Of a DNA stretch of 51,700 nt, positions 1 to 9,468 are shown in pieces. Under the pieces are notes generated by a model. The model had not been told where the DNA came from and ran no database searches. It worked only from the letters and a program-made list of their open reading frames with translations. This DNA comes from Verrucomicrobiota bacterium (GTDB taxonomy: Bacteria; Verrucomicrobiota; Verrucomicrobiia; Verrucomicrobiales; Verrucomicrobiaceae), in NCBI GenBank assembly GCA_031411235.1, contig JANOAR010000298.1:1-51700 (forward strand), written 5' to 3'. The position numbers and the translations under genes are program-made. Position 1 is the stretch's first letter. Each line of letters opens with the position of its first letter.

Positions 1-103
1 CAAGGTACAAGGGATAAGGGGAGTGGCTTCGGGTGTGCTCTTGGTAGCTGGGCTGTGGTTTTGAATTCAAACGCGAAGCCACTCCCCTTATCCCTTGTAC
101 CTT
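1..103. repeat. Perfect 31-bp inverted repeat (1-31 vs 73-103) flanking a ~41-nt loop, followed by short direct repeats (gcgaagccac at 72-81 and 133-142; ccccttatccct at 83-94 and 106-117)
   Basis: Direct reading: the reverse complement of positions 1-31 (caaggtacaagggataaggggagtggcttcg) equals positions 73-103. The window starts inside this structure, so the upstream context is unknown. Confidence 0.8.
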
Positions 104-221
104 GCCCCCTTATCCCTCCGACAGCTCATTGCGAAGCCACGGCTAAGCCTCACTGCGTTGCTATATCGGCCCATGCCAGCATGGCGGAAGCACTCGCGGC
201 GTTGACCCCTCGCCAGCGGCG

Positions 222-2150
222 ATGCACGATAGGCGCATGAGTGCTACTGCATCGCCAACCACGCCTCGCCGCCGCACAGCGGCTGAATCGTTTGAGAAGA
301 CCCCAACCACGATTTTCGCCAACTCAGCGGCTGCTGCTGCGGCGCTGGCTTGCGAGGTGAAAGAGCTGATCCTCGCCAAGAATCGCACGGGCAAGCCCGC
401 CGTGCTGGGCATGGCCACGGGCTCAACGCCGGTGCCCTTCTACCGCGAACTGATAAGGCTGCACAAGGAAGAGGGACTGAGCTTCAAGAACGTGCTCACC
501 TTTAACCTGGACGAGTACTACGGGCTGAAGGCCGACCACCCAGAGAGCTACGCGCGGTTCATGGCGGATCAGCTTTTCGACCACATCGACATCCCGAAGG
601 GCAACATCCACATCCCACGCGGCACGGTGACGAGCGACCAAGTCTTCGCCCACTGCCGTGAGTATGAGGAAGCCATCGACGCGGTGGGTGGCATCGACTT
701 GCAGATCCTGGGCATCGGGCGCACCGGGCACATTGGCTTTAATGAACCTGGCTCCAGCCGCGAGTCGCTGACGCGCCGCATCACGCTGGATCGCATCACG
801 CGGCAAGACGCGGCGAGCGATTTCCGAGGCGAGCAAAATGTGCCGCACTTCGCCATCACGATGGGGGTCGGTACGATCCTGCGCGCTCGCAAGTTGGTGC
901 TCATGGCCTGGGGTGAAAACAAAGCGGGCATCGTCGCGAAGGCTTTGGAAGGCGATGTCACCGAGGCCATCTCGGCGTCCTTTTTGCAAGAGCACGCCGA
1001 TGCGCGGTTCTTCATCGACAGCGGTGCCTCGCGCGAGTTGACCCGCATCAAGCTGCCCTGGCTGGTCGGCCCTGTGGCGTGGACGCCGCGTGAAACCCAA
1101 CGCGCCGTGGTGTGGCAGAGTGCCGTGGTGAAGCGGCCCGTGCTGAAGCTCGTCGATGAGGACTACAATGAGCATGGCCTGAGCGATCTGCTCAGCGAGC
1201 AGGGACCCGCGTATCAACTGAACATCCGCATCTTTAACCGGCTGCAAAACACCATCACAGGCTGGCCCGGTGGCAAGCCCGATGCCGACGACACCTACCG
1301 CCCCGAGCGTGCGGGGCCGTATCCGAAGCGCTGCCTCGTCCTCAGTCCCGAGCCGCAAGATGCGCTCGTGGCCATCGGTGGCACGGTGGACCGCTTGCGC
1401 GAGCAGGGCCACGAGGTGCGCATCGTTTCCCTCACCAGTGGCAGCCTGCGCGTGGCGGACAGCGAGGCGGACAAGTTCGCCAGTACGCTGCTGGAACTCG
1501 GGGCCACGGCTCCGAATCCCGCCCACTGGAAGGAACAAAGCGAGTATGCCCAGGAGTTGGTGCGTCTCTTGGAAGAGAAGGGCGAGTTCGGCGAAGACCC
1601 GCCCGTGCTACGGCAACTGAAGGCGCTGATCCTACGCGGTGAACTGCGCGATGCGGCCCAGGCGCTGGGCCTGAGCACCGAGCAAGTGACCTTCCTCAAC
1701 CTGCCGTTTTACGAGCGTGGGCGCTACCGTCGCTTCCGCAGTGGCAGCGAGGATGCAGCGGCGGTACAGGCGATGATCGCCGACTATCGCCCGCATCAAA
1801 TCTACATCACAGGCGATGCCGCCGATCCGTCCTCGGTCGCTGCCATCGGGTTCAAACTCGTCGAAGCCGCGCTGAAAAATCTGGAGGGCGAGGAGTGGTT
1901 CGGCACATGCAGCCTGTGGCTCTATCGCGGCAAGGAGAAGGCTTTTGAAGCCCACGAGATCGACATGGCCGTGCCGATGAGCCCCGTGCAACTGGAGCAT
2001 AAACTGCGAGCGCTCGCTCGGTATCAGAGCCTGTCATCCCAGGAGCATGGCGTCGCCGAGGTGAACCGCCAAAGCGCTGGCCACTACGACTCGCTGGGCA
2101 TGGCGGAGTATGAGGCGATGGAGTGCTTCCAACGCTGGAAGCGCGGGTGA
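222..2150 (+). CDS. nagB: Glucosamine-6-phosphate deaminase, long form (NagB domain fused to a C-terminal LmbE/PIG-L-like domain)
   Basis: The N-terminal half matches NagB motifs (LGMATGSTPVPFYRELI, FNLDEYYGL, GIGRTGHIGFNEPGS). The C-terminal ~250 aa resembles a PIG-L/LmbE deacetylase fold (LVLSPEPQDALVAIGGTVDRL), but the canonical HPDDE motif is replaced by SPEPQD. The start could also be the in-frame Met at 237. Confidence 0.85.
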   Translation: MHDRRMSATASPTTPRRRTAAESFEKTPTTIFANSAAAAAALACEVKELILAKNRTGKPAVLGMATGSTPVPFYRELIRLHKEEGLSFKNVLTFNLDEYYGLKADHPESYARFMADQLFDHIDIPKGNIHIPRGTVTSDQVFAHCREYEEAIDAVGGIDLQILGIGRTGHIGFNEPGSSRESLTRRITLDRITRQDAASDFRGEQNVPHFAITMGVGTILRARKLVLMAWGENKAGIVAKALEGDVTEAISASFLQEHADARFFIDSGASRELTRIKLPWLVGPVAWTPRETQRAVVWQSAVVKRPVLKLVDEDYNEHGLSDLLSEQGPAYQLNIRIFNRLQNTITGWPGGKPDADDTYRPERAGPYPKRCLVLSPEPQDALVAIGGTVDRLREQGHEVRIVSLTSGSLRVADSEADKFASTLLELGATAPNPAHWKEQSEYAQELVRLLEEKGEFGEDPPVLRQLKALILRGELRDAAQALGLSTEQVTFLNLPFYERGRYRRFRSGSEDAAAVQAMIADYRPHQIYITGDAADPSSVAAIGFKLVEAALKNLEGEEWFGTCSLWLYRGKEKAFEAHEIDMAVPMSPVQLEHKLRALARYQSLSSQEHGVAEVNRQSAGHYDSLGMAEYEAMECFQRWKRG

Positions 2151-2167
2151 GGCTCAGCGCTCGGGCC

Positions 2168-4783
2168 TTACTCGATCTTCACGGGCGCAGGTGGCTTCAA
2201 CTGAATGGGTAGGGCGACTGGTGCGATGCTCGTGGCGGGGCTGTCCTCGTCTAGTGGTTCAGCGCGTTTGATGAGGCTGCCATCTTCATTCACTGGGCTA
2301 GCGCGGAGGATGGGGCGCACGCTGTTGTAGGGGTCTAACTCGCCGGATTTGGTGATGATGGTGGGCTGAGTCATGCGGATGGGTTCGAGTGTGGCGAACT
2401 GGGTGGGTATCATGGGTGTGCCTACCAGAGGAACTTCAGGGGGTGATTTCTCTCTAATGATTCCCTGAATATCGCCCTCGCCTGTGTGCTCGGTGCAGTA
2501 GTTGTCCACGAGAGTGCCGGGGCGCACATACTCTTCAAAGGTGACTCGCACGTTCTTGGTTTTGCCATTGCCCGCAGGCCTTTTTTCAACACAAAAATCC
2601 GTGGCTCTCATGCGGCTCTTTTGGCACAACTCGATGCGCTGCGCACTCTCGGGTGGGAGGAACTCGTCGGGTATGTAAGTATCCTGCGTGGCATTGATAA
2701 TGTCGCACCAGATGGGCAGGGCGACGCGGTTAGAGAAGGCGTTGGCGTAGATGGGCTTTGACATATCGAAGCCCGTCCAGACTCCGCAAGTCACGGCGCT
2801 GGTATAGCCGATGTGCCAGAGATCTGTGAAGCCGTAGTGGGTGCCAGATTTGCCTGCGACGGGGAACTTGCCCAGGCCGAATTCCTTCTGCGCGGCGGCT
2901 CCGGTGCCGTATTTCATGGCATCGACAAGGCAGGAATGCGTCTGGTAGGCCGCGATCTCGTCGATGACTTTTTGGGGCTCGATGTCGCTGTCTTTGATCT
3001 GGTAAACGACCGTGTCGTTGGCCTCGGTGATACGCTGGATGATGTGCAGCCCTTTGGCGCGGCTGCCGTGGTTAGGAAAGATGGAATACGCGAGACACAT
3101 TTCTTCCAGTCGTGCTTCGCTGGCTCCGAGGAAGGCGGCGGGGAAGTCGCGCAGGGGCGACTGAATGCCTGCGCGTGCTGCGATGTCTTTCACCACGGCG
3201 AGGGTGTAGCTCCACGGTGCGGGCGGCCCTTTGTCCTCCGGGCCTGCGGTTACGAGGTTGGGCTGGGCTTTTTGCAACTCGACACCCACCACGTCGCCGA
3301 GGCGTACGCTGGCCGAATTTAAAGACTGGCTGAGAGCTTCGCGAGCGCTGATGTCCTTCATGGTGAAGGGACGGGCAAGCTTCTCGCTGCCCCATTCGCC
3401 GAGGATGCCCTCGGTGCCGCCGATCATGATGCGCTTGTTGTCCAGGTAAGCGTCCATCACCAAGGAGCCAGGATAAAAGGCGGGCGTGCCAAAGGCCGCA
3501 GCATAGAGAAAGGGCAGGAAAGCCGTGCCAACGGGGCGCGAGGAGAGGAAGGCGCGGTTGTATTGGCTGTCCTTGTAGTCGCGCCCGCCGACGAGGGCGA
3601 GAATGGAGCCGTCATGGTTGTCGATGACGAGCGCAGAGCCTTGCAGGTACTCGGGCTTGGGGCGGGGCGTGTCCTGCGCGATGAGGCCTGCTTTGCGTTT
3701 CGTATAATAGTCCTCAATGATGGTGCGGAAGTGGGCATACGTCTGGTGCTCGTAGCCGGGGCGACTCTCGACCTCTGCAAGGCGCTTGCGCACGGCCTCG
3801 TCGGCGGCCTTTTGCAGCGCAGGGTCGATGGAGGTGTAGATGCGGAAGCCGCCTACCGCTGCGCGTTCCTCGCCCATCATTCGCACGATCTCCTGGCTGA
3901 TCTCGTCGTACACATAAGTCAGGCGCGGGTCGCTGCTGGCGGCGGCGGTGACGAGGAGTTTCAGCTTGGTAAGCTCGGCCACCTCTCGGGTGATTTTTTT
4001 CTCGGCGACCATGCGGTCGAGCACTTGGTTGCGGCTCTTGGTGGAAGCCTCAGGGTGTTTCAACGGCGAGAGGGCGTTGGGGGATTTGATCAAGCCGCAG
4101 ATCGTCGCCGACTCTTCGAGGGAGAGTTCCTTGGCCTCGCGGTTGAAGTAGCCGCGTGCGGCGGCGCTGATGCCGTAGAAATTTTGGCCGTTGCCGCTGC
4201 CGAAGAAAATGCGGTTAAGGTACAACTCCATGATCTCGGATTTCGAGTAGCGCTTCTCCAGACGCATGGCCAGCGCACCCTCGACGATCTTCCGCCGGAT
4301 GCCTTCCTCGCCCAGTGTGTAGGCATTGCGGGCGAGTTGTTGGGTGATGCCGCTGCCGCCCTGGGTGATTTTTCCTTGCAGCTTGATCGCCAAAAAAATC
4401 GCACGACTCAACCCCGTCCAGGACACGCCTTTGTGTTGATAGAAAGTCTCGTCTTCCTGGGCGACCAGGGCGTCCTTCAAATGCTGAGGCACCTCGGAAA
4501 TCGAGATGGGCGTGCGGTTTAAAATGTAGAGCCGCCCCAGTTCCCCGCCTTCTCGGTCGTAGATGATGCTGGCGGTTTCGAGCTTTTTGACCTCTTCTAA
4601 ATCAAAGGTATCGGCCTTGGCGATGAGTGGCTGGACGTAGGCGGTGTAGGCGATGAGGGTGGCGACGGCGCTGAGTAGGAACAGCACGATGAGAGCGCTG
4701 AACCAGGTGCGCTTGTAGAAGGGCACCTTTAGCCCGCTGGGGCCACGCCAATTGCTTTCGCCGAGGAGGTTAACGTCGAGCAT
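2168..4783 (-). CDS. Class A penicillin-binding protein 1A (bifunctional transglycosylase/transpeptidase) with an N-terminal TM anchor and a Pro-rich C-terminal tail
   Basis: GT51 transglycosylase motifs (EDETFYQHKGVSW, GGSGITQQLARN, RKIVEGALAMRLE). A transpeptidase region follows, then a long low-complexity C-terminus. Confidence 0.9.
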   Translation of the reverse strand: MLDVNLLGESNWRGPSGLKVPFYKRTWFSALIVLFLLSAVATLIAYTAYVQPLIAKADTFDLEEVKKLETASIIYDREGGELGRLYILNRTPISISEVPQHLKDALVAQEDETFYQHKGVSWTGLSRAIFLAIKLQGKITQGGSGITQQLARNAYTLGEEGIRRKIVEGALAMRLEKRYSKSEIMELYLNRIFFGSGNGQNFYGISAAARGYFNREAKELSLEESATICGLIKSPNALSPLKHPEASTKSRNQVLDRMVAEKKITREVAELTKLKLLVTAAASSDPRLTYVYDEISQEIVRMMGEERAAVGGFRIYTSIDPALQKAADEAVRKRLAEVESRPGYEHQTYAHFRTIIEDYYTKRKAGLIAQDTPRPKPEYLQGSALVIDNHDGSILALVGGRDYKDSQYNRAFLSSRPVGTAFLPFLYAAAFGTPAFYPGSLVMDAYLDNKRIMIGGTEGILGEWGSEKLARPFTMKDISAREALSQSLNSASVRLGDVVGVELQKAQPNLVTAGPEDKGPPAPWSYTLAVVKDIAARAGIQSPLRDFPAAFLGASEARLEEMCLAYSIFPNHGSRAKGLHIIQRITEANDTVVYQIKDSDIEPQKVIDEIAAYQTHSCLVDAMKYGTGAAAQKEFGLGKFPVAGKSGTHYGFTDLWHIGYTSAVTCGVWTGFDMSKPIYANAFSNRVALPIWCDIINATQDTYIPDEFLPPESAQRIELCQKSRMRATDFCVEKRPAGNGKTKNVRVTFEEYVRPGTLVDNYCTEHTGEGDIQGIIREKSPPEVPLVGTPMIPTQFATLEPIRMTQPTIITKSGELDPYNSVRPILRASPVNEDGSLIKRAEPLDEDSPATSIAPVALPIQLKPPAPVKIE

Positions 4784-4904
4784 AGAATGAATGCGCCACG
4801 CCCAGGAGGGGTCTTTCTCCAGGCCAAAGCGGGGCGCATTCTAGCGGTCAAGCTGGGTTTTGCCAGTGCATTCCTTGGCTGCTTCCGCATGCTCTCAACG
4901 AAAC

Positions 4905-6824
4905 CTATTTGCGCGTGGCATCGACGGTACGGAAGCCTCGGGCGAGGGTGGCTTCCTCGGCGCTTTCGGGGAAGTGGCGGCTGGTGAGGAGATCGGGATT
5001 GCTTTTCATAGCGAAATGACCGCCGCGCAGGACGGGGACGCGGGTGTCAGGCAGTTCAGGATGGGTGGCCCAGGTGGAAGTCCATTCTTGAACGTTGCCA
5101 GCCATGCCCATGACGCCGAGTTCGCTGGTGTCACCGACGGGTTTATCGACGGGAGCCCAGAAGTTGTAGCCATCGGTTTCACCGCCTTTGCCTCTGGCAT
5201 TGTAGTCGTCGCCGAGGTTGGCGGCGATGGGGTTGGGGTGGTTGCCCCAGGGGTAGAGGGTTGCCTTGATGCCGCGTGCAGCGATTTCCCATTCCTCCTC
5301 GGTGGGGAGTCGCTGCTGAGCCCATTTGGCGTAGGCGACGGCGTCCCAGTAGCTGACTTGGGTGACAGGGGAGTTAAGGCTGATTTTTTGATTGTTAAAG
5401 AGCCCGCCTGTGGCGGCGGCGGCATAGCTGGCGTCCCAGTTTTCGGGTTTATGCGAGGTCTTGATGAGCTGGTTGGGGTCGTCGTAGGCGCTGGTGGTCT
5501 TGGTTTTTAAAGCGGCAAGGAAGCGGGCATACTGGGCGATGGTGACTTCGTATTTGCTGATCCAAAAGGGGGCTTGGAGCTGGACTTGCTGGTCTGTTTG
5601 GTAGGTATAGGTGGCTGGCGTGATCTGGATCATGGCCACGGCGAGGGGCTTTTCTTTTTCATCCTGCAAACCTTTGCCAGTGAGCCCGCCGAGTAGAGCG
5701 ACGACGATGCAGGCGAGGATACCAGCGGCGAGGAAGAGCCAGCGCTTCTTCATGGGGACGGCCTCGGTGAGATCCTCGCTCTCGGCACGTCGCAGGAGGC
5801 TGCGCTCGCTCATGTCGCTACGAATGTCGTCGAGCTTGTGGGCGATGCTGCCCCAGTCGTGGGGGGCATGGGCGAGTTCATGCAGGAGGCCGCGAGCTTT
5901 GCCTTGATTGGCAAAGGGGAGCATGAGGTCGAGCAGAGCTTTGACATCGGCGACGGGGTCACGGGGCGTTGCGGCGGGGGGGCGAAAGATGTTGGCGATG
6001 CTGGCTTGGTTTTCTGCATCGACATAGATGTCGCGCAGGCCGAGGGGTCGGTAGTTGAGCCCGCGACTGGCGGCGTAGGTCATGGCATCGGCGATGCGGA
6101 AGAGCACATCAGTCATGACGCGTTCGGTGAATTGGGTGCCCTTGGCGAGGAGTTCATCAAGCGACTGCCCAGGGGGCAACTCGCGGGTGTAGTAGATGTA
6201 GCCATGCTCGTCCTTGCCTTCGTAAAGGGGGGCGATGCGTGGGTGCGAGAGTCTGGCCTTGATCCTTTCGCGTTCCTTGAAGTCGCGAACAATGGCGGCG
6301 TCTTGATTCAACTCTGGCTTTAGGAGGACGAGGGCAACTTTGCGCTGCACGGTGGTCTGAAAGGCGAGGTAGGTCTCGGACTCGCGCTCGATGTAGAGGC
6401 GCTCTAGGATCTGATAATAACCGAGCTGGGTACCCGGCGGGAGCAGTGGTGGGAGCACGACTTCATGGGGGCTGCCACGCAAGGCGGTGAGGACATGGGC
6501 GAGGAAGTCGGCGTCGGAGGTGGTGGTGGCGATGGCCATCGCGCCCTCCATATCCTGCTCATACCCCGCGAGGTCGTAGTGCGTGGTGTAGAGGGTGATG
6601 AGGCTGGGGAACTTGGCCTTGATGGCGTCCTTGAGGTCGAAGCCGAAGGTCTCAGTGTCGAGAACGACCTCGGTGATGAGGAGATCGAGCGTGGCAACGG
6701 TATTGGCCCATTGTACGGCCTCGGCGGCGGTCGAGACTTCCACCACTTGATGTTCTTGCCCACGCAGAAGTTCAGCCCGCGCACTGCGGGTGTCTGCGGT
6801 TCCATCCACGATCAGTACCACCAT
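4905..6824 (-). CDS. Multidomain signalling protein: receiver domain, protein-kinase-like (probably pseudokinase) domain, one TM helix and a periplasmic FGE-sulfatase (SUMF1-like) domain
   Basis: N-terminal REC (MVVLIVDGTADTRSA...). The kinase fold lacks the Gly-rich loop and the HRD motif (YRPLGLRDIYVD). TM helix WLFLAAGILACIVVALLGGL. C-terminal FGE-sulfatase motifs (WISKYEVTIAQYARF, YPWGN, RVLRGGHF). Confidence 0.75.
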   Translation of the reverse strand: MVVLIVDGTADTRSARAELLRGQEHQVVEVSTAAEAVQWANTVATLDLLITEVVLDTETFGFDLKDAIKAKFPSLITLYTTHYDLAGYEQDMEGAMAIATTTSDADFLAHVLTALRGSPHEVVLPPLLPPGTQLGYYQILERLYIERESETYLAFQTTVQRKVALVLLKPELNQDAAIVRDFKERERIKARLSHPRIAPLYEGKDEHGYIYYTRELPPGQSLDELLAKGTQFTERVMTDVLFRIADAMTYAASRGLNYRPLGLRDIYVDAENQASIANIFRPPAATPRDPVADVKALLDLMLPFANQGKARGLLHELAHAPHDWGSIAHKLDDIRSDMSERSLLRRAESEDLTEAVPMKKRWLFLAAGILACIVVALLGGLTGKGLQDEKEKPLAVAMIQITPATYTYQTDQQVQLQAPFWISKYEVTIAQYARFLAALKTKTTSAYDDPNQLIKTSHKPENWDASYAAAATGGLFNNQKISLNSPVTQVSYWDAVAYAKWAQQRLPTEEEWEIAARGIKATLYPWGNHPNPIAANLGDDYNARGKGGETDGYNFWAPVDKPVGDTSELGVMGMAGNVQEWTSTWATHPELPDTRVPVLRGGHFAMKSNPDLLTSRHFPESAEEATLARGFRTVDATRK

Positions 6825-6895
6825 TGAGTTTTGTATTCCAAAAAGGTTAGAGGGTTGGTTCGATAAGGGTTCGGTGTGTCGAGGCTAAATCCAGT

Positions 6896-8053
6896 TCACT
6901 GGGGAGACCCAGCCCCGCTCGCGGGAGCGCGGTAGTTCAGGAGGGCACTCGGTTCGGCGGCGACGCTCATGAGTTTGCCCTGGTAGTAGAGCTTGACGAC
7001 GTAGCCGAGGTAGGTGCGCTGGCCAAATGCGGCGACATCGGCGGGGGTGAGTTCCGGGAGATGGTACACGATTTTGATGATTTCTTGGAGGCCTTGCTTG
7101 AAGTCGAAAGCACCATCGTGGGATTTAACGGGAGGGTCTGCAATGGTGGGGTAGGCTGGCACGCCGTTGACTTGGTCGTAGAAGAAGACGTCGAGGTTGT
7201 AGGCATCGGGGTCGATGGGTACGCCCGGAGCGACGATGAGGGGGATGCGCAGGGCGAGCCGCTGGCCTGAGAGCACGGTTAAATCACGCAGAACCTCGAT
7301 GGTGCCGAGCTTCATGGGGCCATTAGCGACGGGCTGGGTCGCGACGGCCTCGGCGGGAAAACTTGCCGCAGGGGCTGCTGACTGGCTTTTATTACCGATG
7401 AGCGAGAGGCGCTCGCTCACGGCGGCGGCCTTGTCTGTCTGGCCATGAAGCTGGTAGGTGACCATCAGCTCACGCAAGACGACGACGTTGTCCGGGGCGA
7501 TGAGGTCGGCGCGTTCTAGGGCCTCGACGGCTCCGGCGTATTCCTTTAGCTCGCGAAGTTGCTGGGCTGTCTCCACCAGTTCGTCAGTCTGAGCATTGCC
7601 CGTGCGGGACACGGCAGCGGGGCTGGGGGCGGAGGCTGGGGGAGGTATCGAGCGCGGTGGCGCTGGGGTTGGGGCAAGGTTGGCCGCTGTGGGCAGTGGT
7701 GGGATGGGCGCTGCTGCCGAGGGAGGCAACGGGTTGCTAAGGGGGGCCGAGGTAGCGGCAGGGAGGGAGGGCTGCCCGCCTACGGGCATCGTCATGCCGC
7801 CGGGTAGCCCTGGCACGAGGGAGGCGGGCTGGTGGGGCGTTGATGGTACGGTAGGCACTGAAAAAGCAGGAGGCGTAGCAGGCAGCACGGCGGCTGGCGG
7901 GAGGGCGCTGGGGCTGGCTGGGGCAGTGCTAGGTCTCCCAAGAGCGCGGAATAACGCGATGCTCTGCACCAAGGCAAAGGTACACAATACAGCCAAAGCC
8001 ACGGTGCTAACCGTGCCCTTTTCAGGGGCAATAATGGCAGTGTTTTTTGTCAT
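6896..8053 (-). CDS. Hypothetical membrane-anchored Pro/Ala-rich protein
   Basis: ORF with an N-terminal hydrophobic segment (TVALAVLCTFALVQSIALF) and a long P/A-rich low-complexity region. The start is taken at the ATG at 8053-8051; the ORF track extends it to a TTG at 8104. No recognisable family. Confidence 0.5.
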   Translation of the reverse strand: MTKNTAIIAPEKGTVSTVALAVLCTFALVQSIALFRALGRPSTAPASPSALPPAAVLPATPPAFSVPTVPSTPHQPASLVPGLPGGMTMPVGGQPSLPAATSAPLSNPLPPSAAAPIPPLPTAANLAPTPAPPRSIPPPASAPSPAAVSRTGNAQTDELVETAQQLRELKEYAGAVEALERADLIAPDNVVVLRELMVTYQLHGQTDKAAAVSERLSLIGNKSQSAAPAASFPAEAVATQPVANGPMKLGTIEVLRDLTVLSGQRLALRIPLIVAPGVPIDPDAYNLDVFFYDQVNGVPAYPTIADPPVKSHDGAFDFKQGLQEIIKIVYHLPELTPADVAAFGQRTYLGYVVKLYYQGKLMSVAAEPSALLNYRAPASGAGSPQ

Positions 8054-8140
8054 ATATTTGAAACCGAGTCGGGCTATCGTAGGGTTCGCGAGAAACCGTG
8101 TCAATACTGCACGGGATTGGTCGCAACCCCAACGGCTCCT

Positions 8141-9424
8141 ATGCCCTATTTACGAGCCTCCCCCTATCGATTAAACCTCGACCTTCAACCCGCCGAACTG
8201 GTCGCACGGCTACGGACGACTCATGGCTTAGCGTGGCTGGATACCGCCACCGTCCCGAGCCATCGGGGTAACGACTCGAAAGGCGCATGGTCCTACGTCG
8301 CCGTCGCGCCTCGTGAGATTTTGCAAGGGCACATCGACCACGACTGGCCGCTGGTGGAAACGAGGATCGCGGAGGGCTCTGCTTTGCAAAGCAGTGGCAA
8401 AACGCCGTTTGCGGCTGGCCTCATCGGCTGGGTGGGCTTCGATGGGGAGTTTCGTTTTGCCCACTATGACAACGTATTGGCCTATGACCACAAGGAGCGC
8501 TGCTGGTGGGGCAGCATGGAGCCCGATCTCAATGACAGCCCGATATTGCCGGAGGCTCCAGCGTTGGATTTCAAACCCGAAGTCCAACGTGAGCACTTCC
8601 TCCACGCGGTAAAGAAGGCTCAGGACTACATCGCCGCTGGCGATGTGTACCAGGTTAACTTGGCCTATGCCTGGCAGGCACCTTGGCCCAGGGATGCCAG
8701 CGCCTTCGGGTATTACCTGCGCCTGCGCGAGTTGTCCCCCGCTCCGTATTCCGCCTTTTTGGATGGGGTAGGGACGAGCATCATTTCTTCCTCGCCCGAG
8801 TGTTTTTTACAGCTCCTCGGGCGGTCGATCTCCACCCGGCCCATCAAAGGCACGCGGCCCCGTTTCCCCGCCGATGCAGTGCGCGATGCCCAATCCATGC
8901 AGGAGCTGATTCACTCAGCCAAGGAGCAGGCTGAGCTGCTCATGATCACCGACCTAGAGCGCAATGACCTGGGGCAAGTCTGCGAGTATGGCAGCATTTC
9001 TGTGCCGGAACTGGCTCGTGTGGAAACCTTTGCGCAGGTGTTTCACCTCGTCTCGACGGTTACGGGCAACTTGCGGGATGATGTCAGCCACGCGGCAGCT
9101 TTTCGCGCCTGTTTCCCTGGCGGCTCCATCAGTGGCGCACCGAAAAAGCGAGCGCTGGAGATCATCGCGGAGCTGGAGAAACACCCGCGCGGCCTTTATA
9201 CTGGGGCGATAGGTTACTTTGGTTTCAATGGCGAGAGCCAGTTCAACATCGCCATCCGCACCGCCATGCAGTATGGCCCGAGCATCCATTTCCATGTGGG
9301 GGCTGGTATCGTCGCCGACTCCGTGCCGGAGCTTGAATACGAGGAGACGCTGCACAAAGCAACGGGCCTGTTGAATGCGGCCAAAGGGCAAGGGGAGGCT
9401 CCTGCTTCTGGCATCGTTGATTGA
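8141..9424 (+). CDS. pabB: Aminodeoxychorismate synthase component I (chorismate-binding enzyme, PabB/TrpE family)
   Basis: Chorismate-binding domain motifs (ITDLERNDLGQVCEYGSISVPEL, SGAPKKRALEIIAELE, GAIGYFGFNGESQFNIAIRT). The size fits PabB rather than TrpE. The ATG at 8141 is preferred over the TTG at 8117. Confidence 0.8.
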   Translation: MPYLRASPYRLNLDLQPAELVARLRTTHGLAWLDTATVPSHRGNDSKGAWSYVAVAPREILQGHIDHDWPLVETRIAEGSALQSSGKTPFAAGLIGWVGFDGEFRFAHYDNVLAYDHKERCWWGSMEPDLNDSPILPEAPALDFKPEVQREHFLHAVKKAQDYIAAGDVYQVNLAYAWQAPWPRDASAFGYYLRLRELSPAPYSAFLDGVGTSIISSSPECFLQLLGRSISTRPIKGTRPRFPADAVRDAQSMQELIHSAKEQAELLMITDLERNDLGQVCEYGSISVPELARVETFAQVFHLVSTVTGNLRDDVSHAAAFRACFPGGSISGAPKKRALEIIAELEKHPRGLYTGAIGYFGFNGESQFNIAIRTAMQYGPSIHFHVGAGIVADSVPELEYEETLHKATGLLNAAKGQGEAPASGIVD

Positions 9425-9468
9425 AAATACAGGGATCACCCGCGAACGAAGCTCAACTTTCCTAGCCG

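Noticed and set aside
423-1538. 371-aa minus-strand ORF fully inside the nagB-long gene
   Set aside because: Antisense to a gene with strong, specific NagB motifs. Its translation is Arg/Ala/Gly-rich low complexity, typical of a spurious high-GC antisense ORF.
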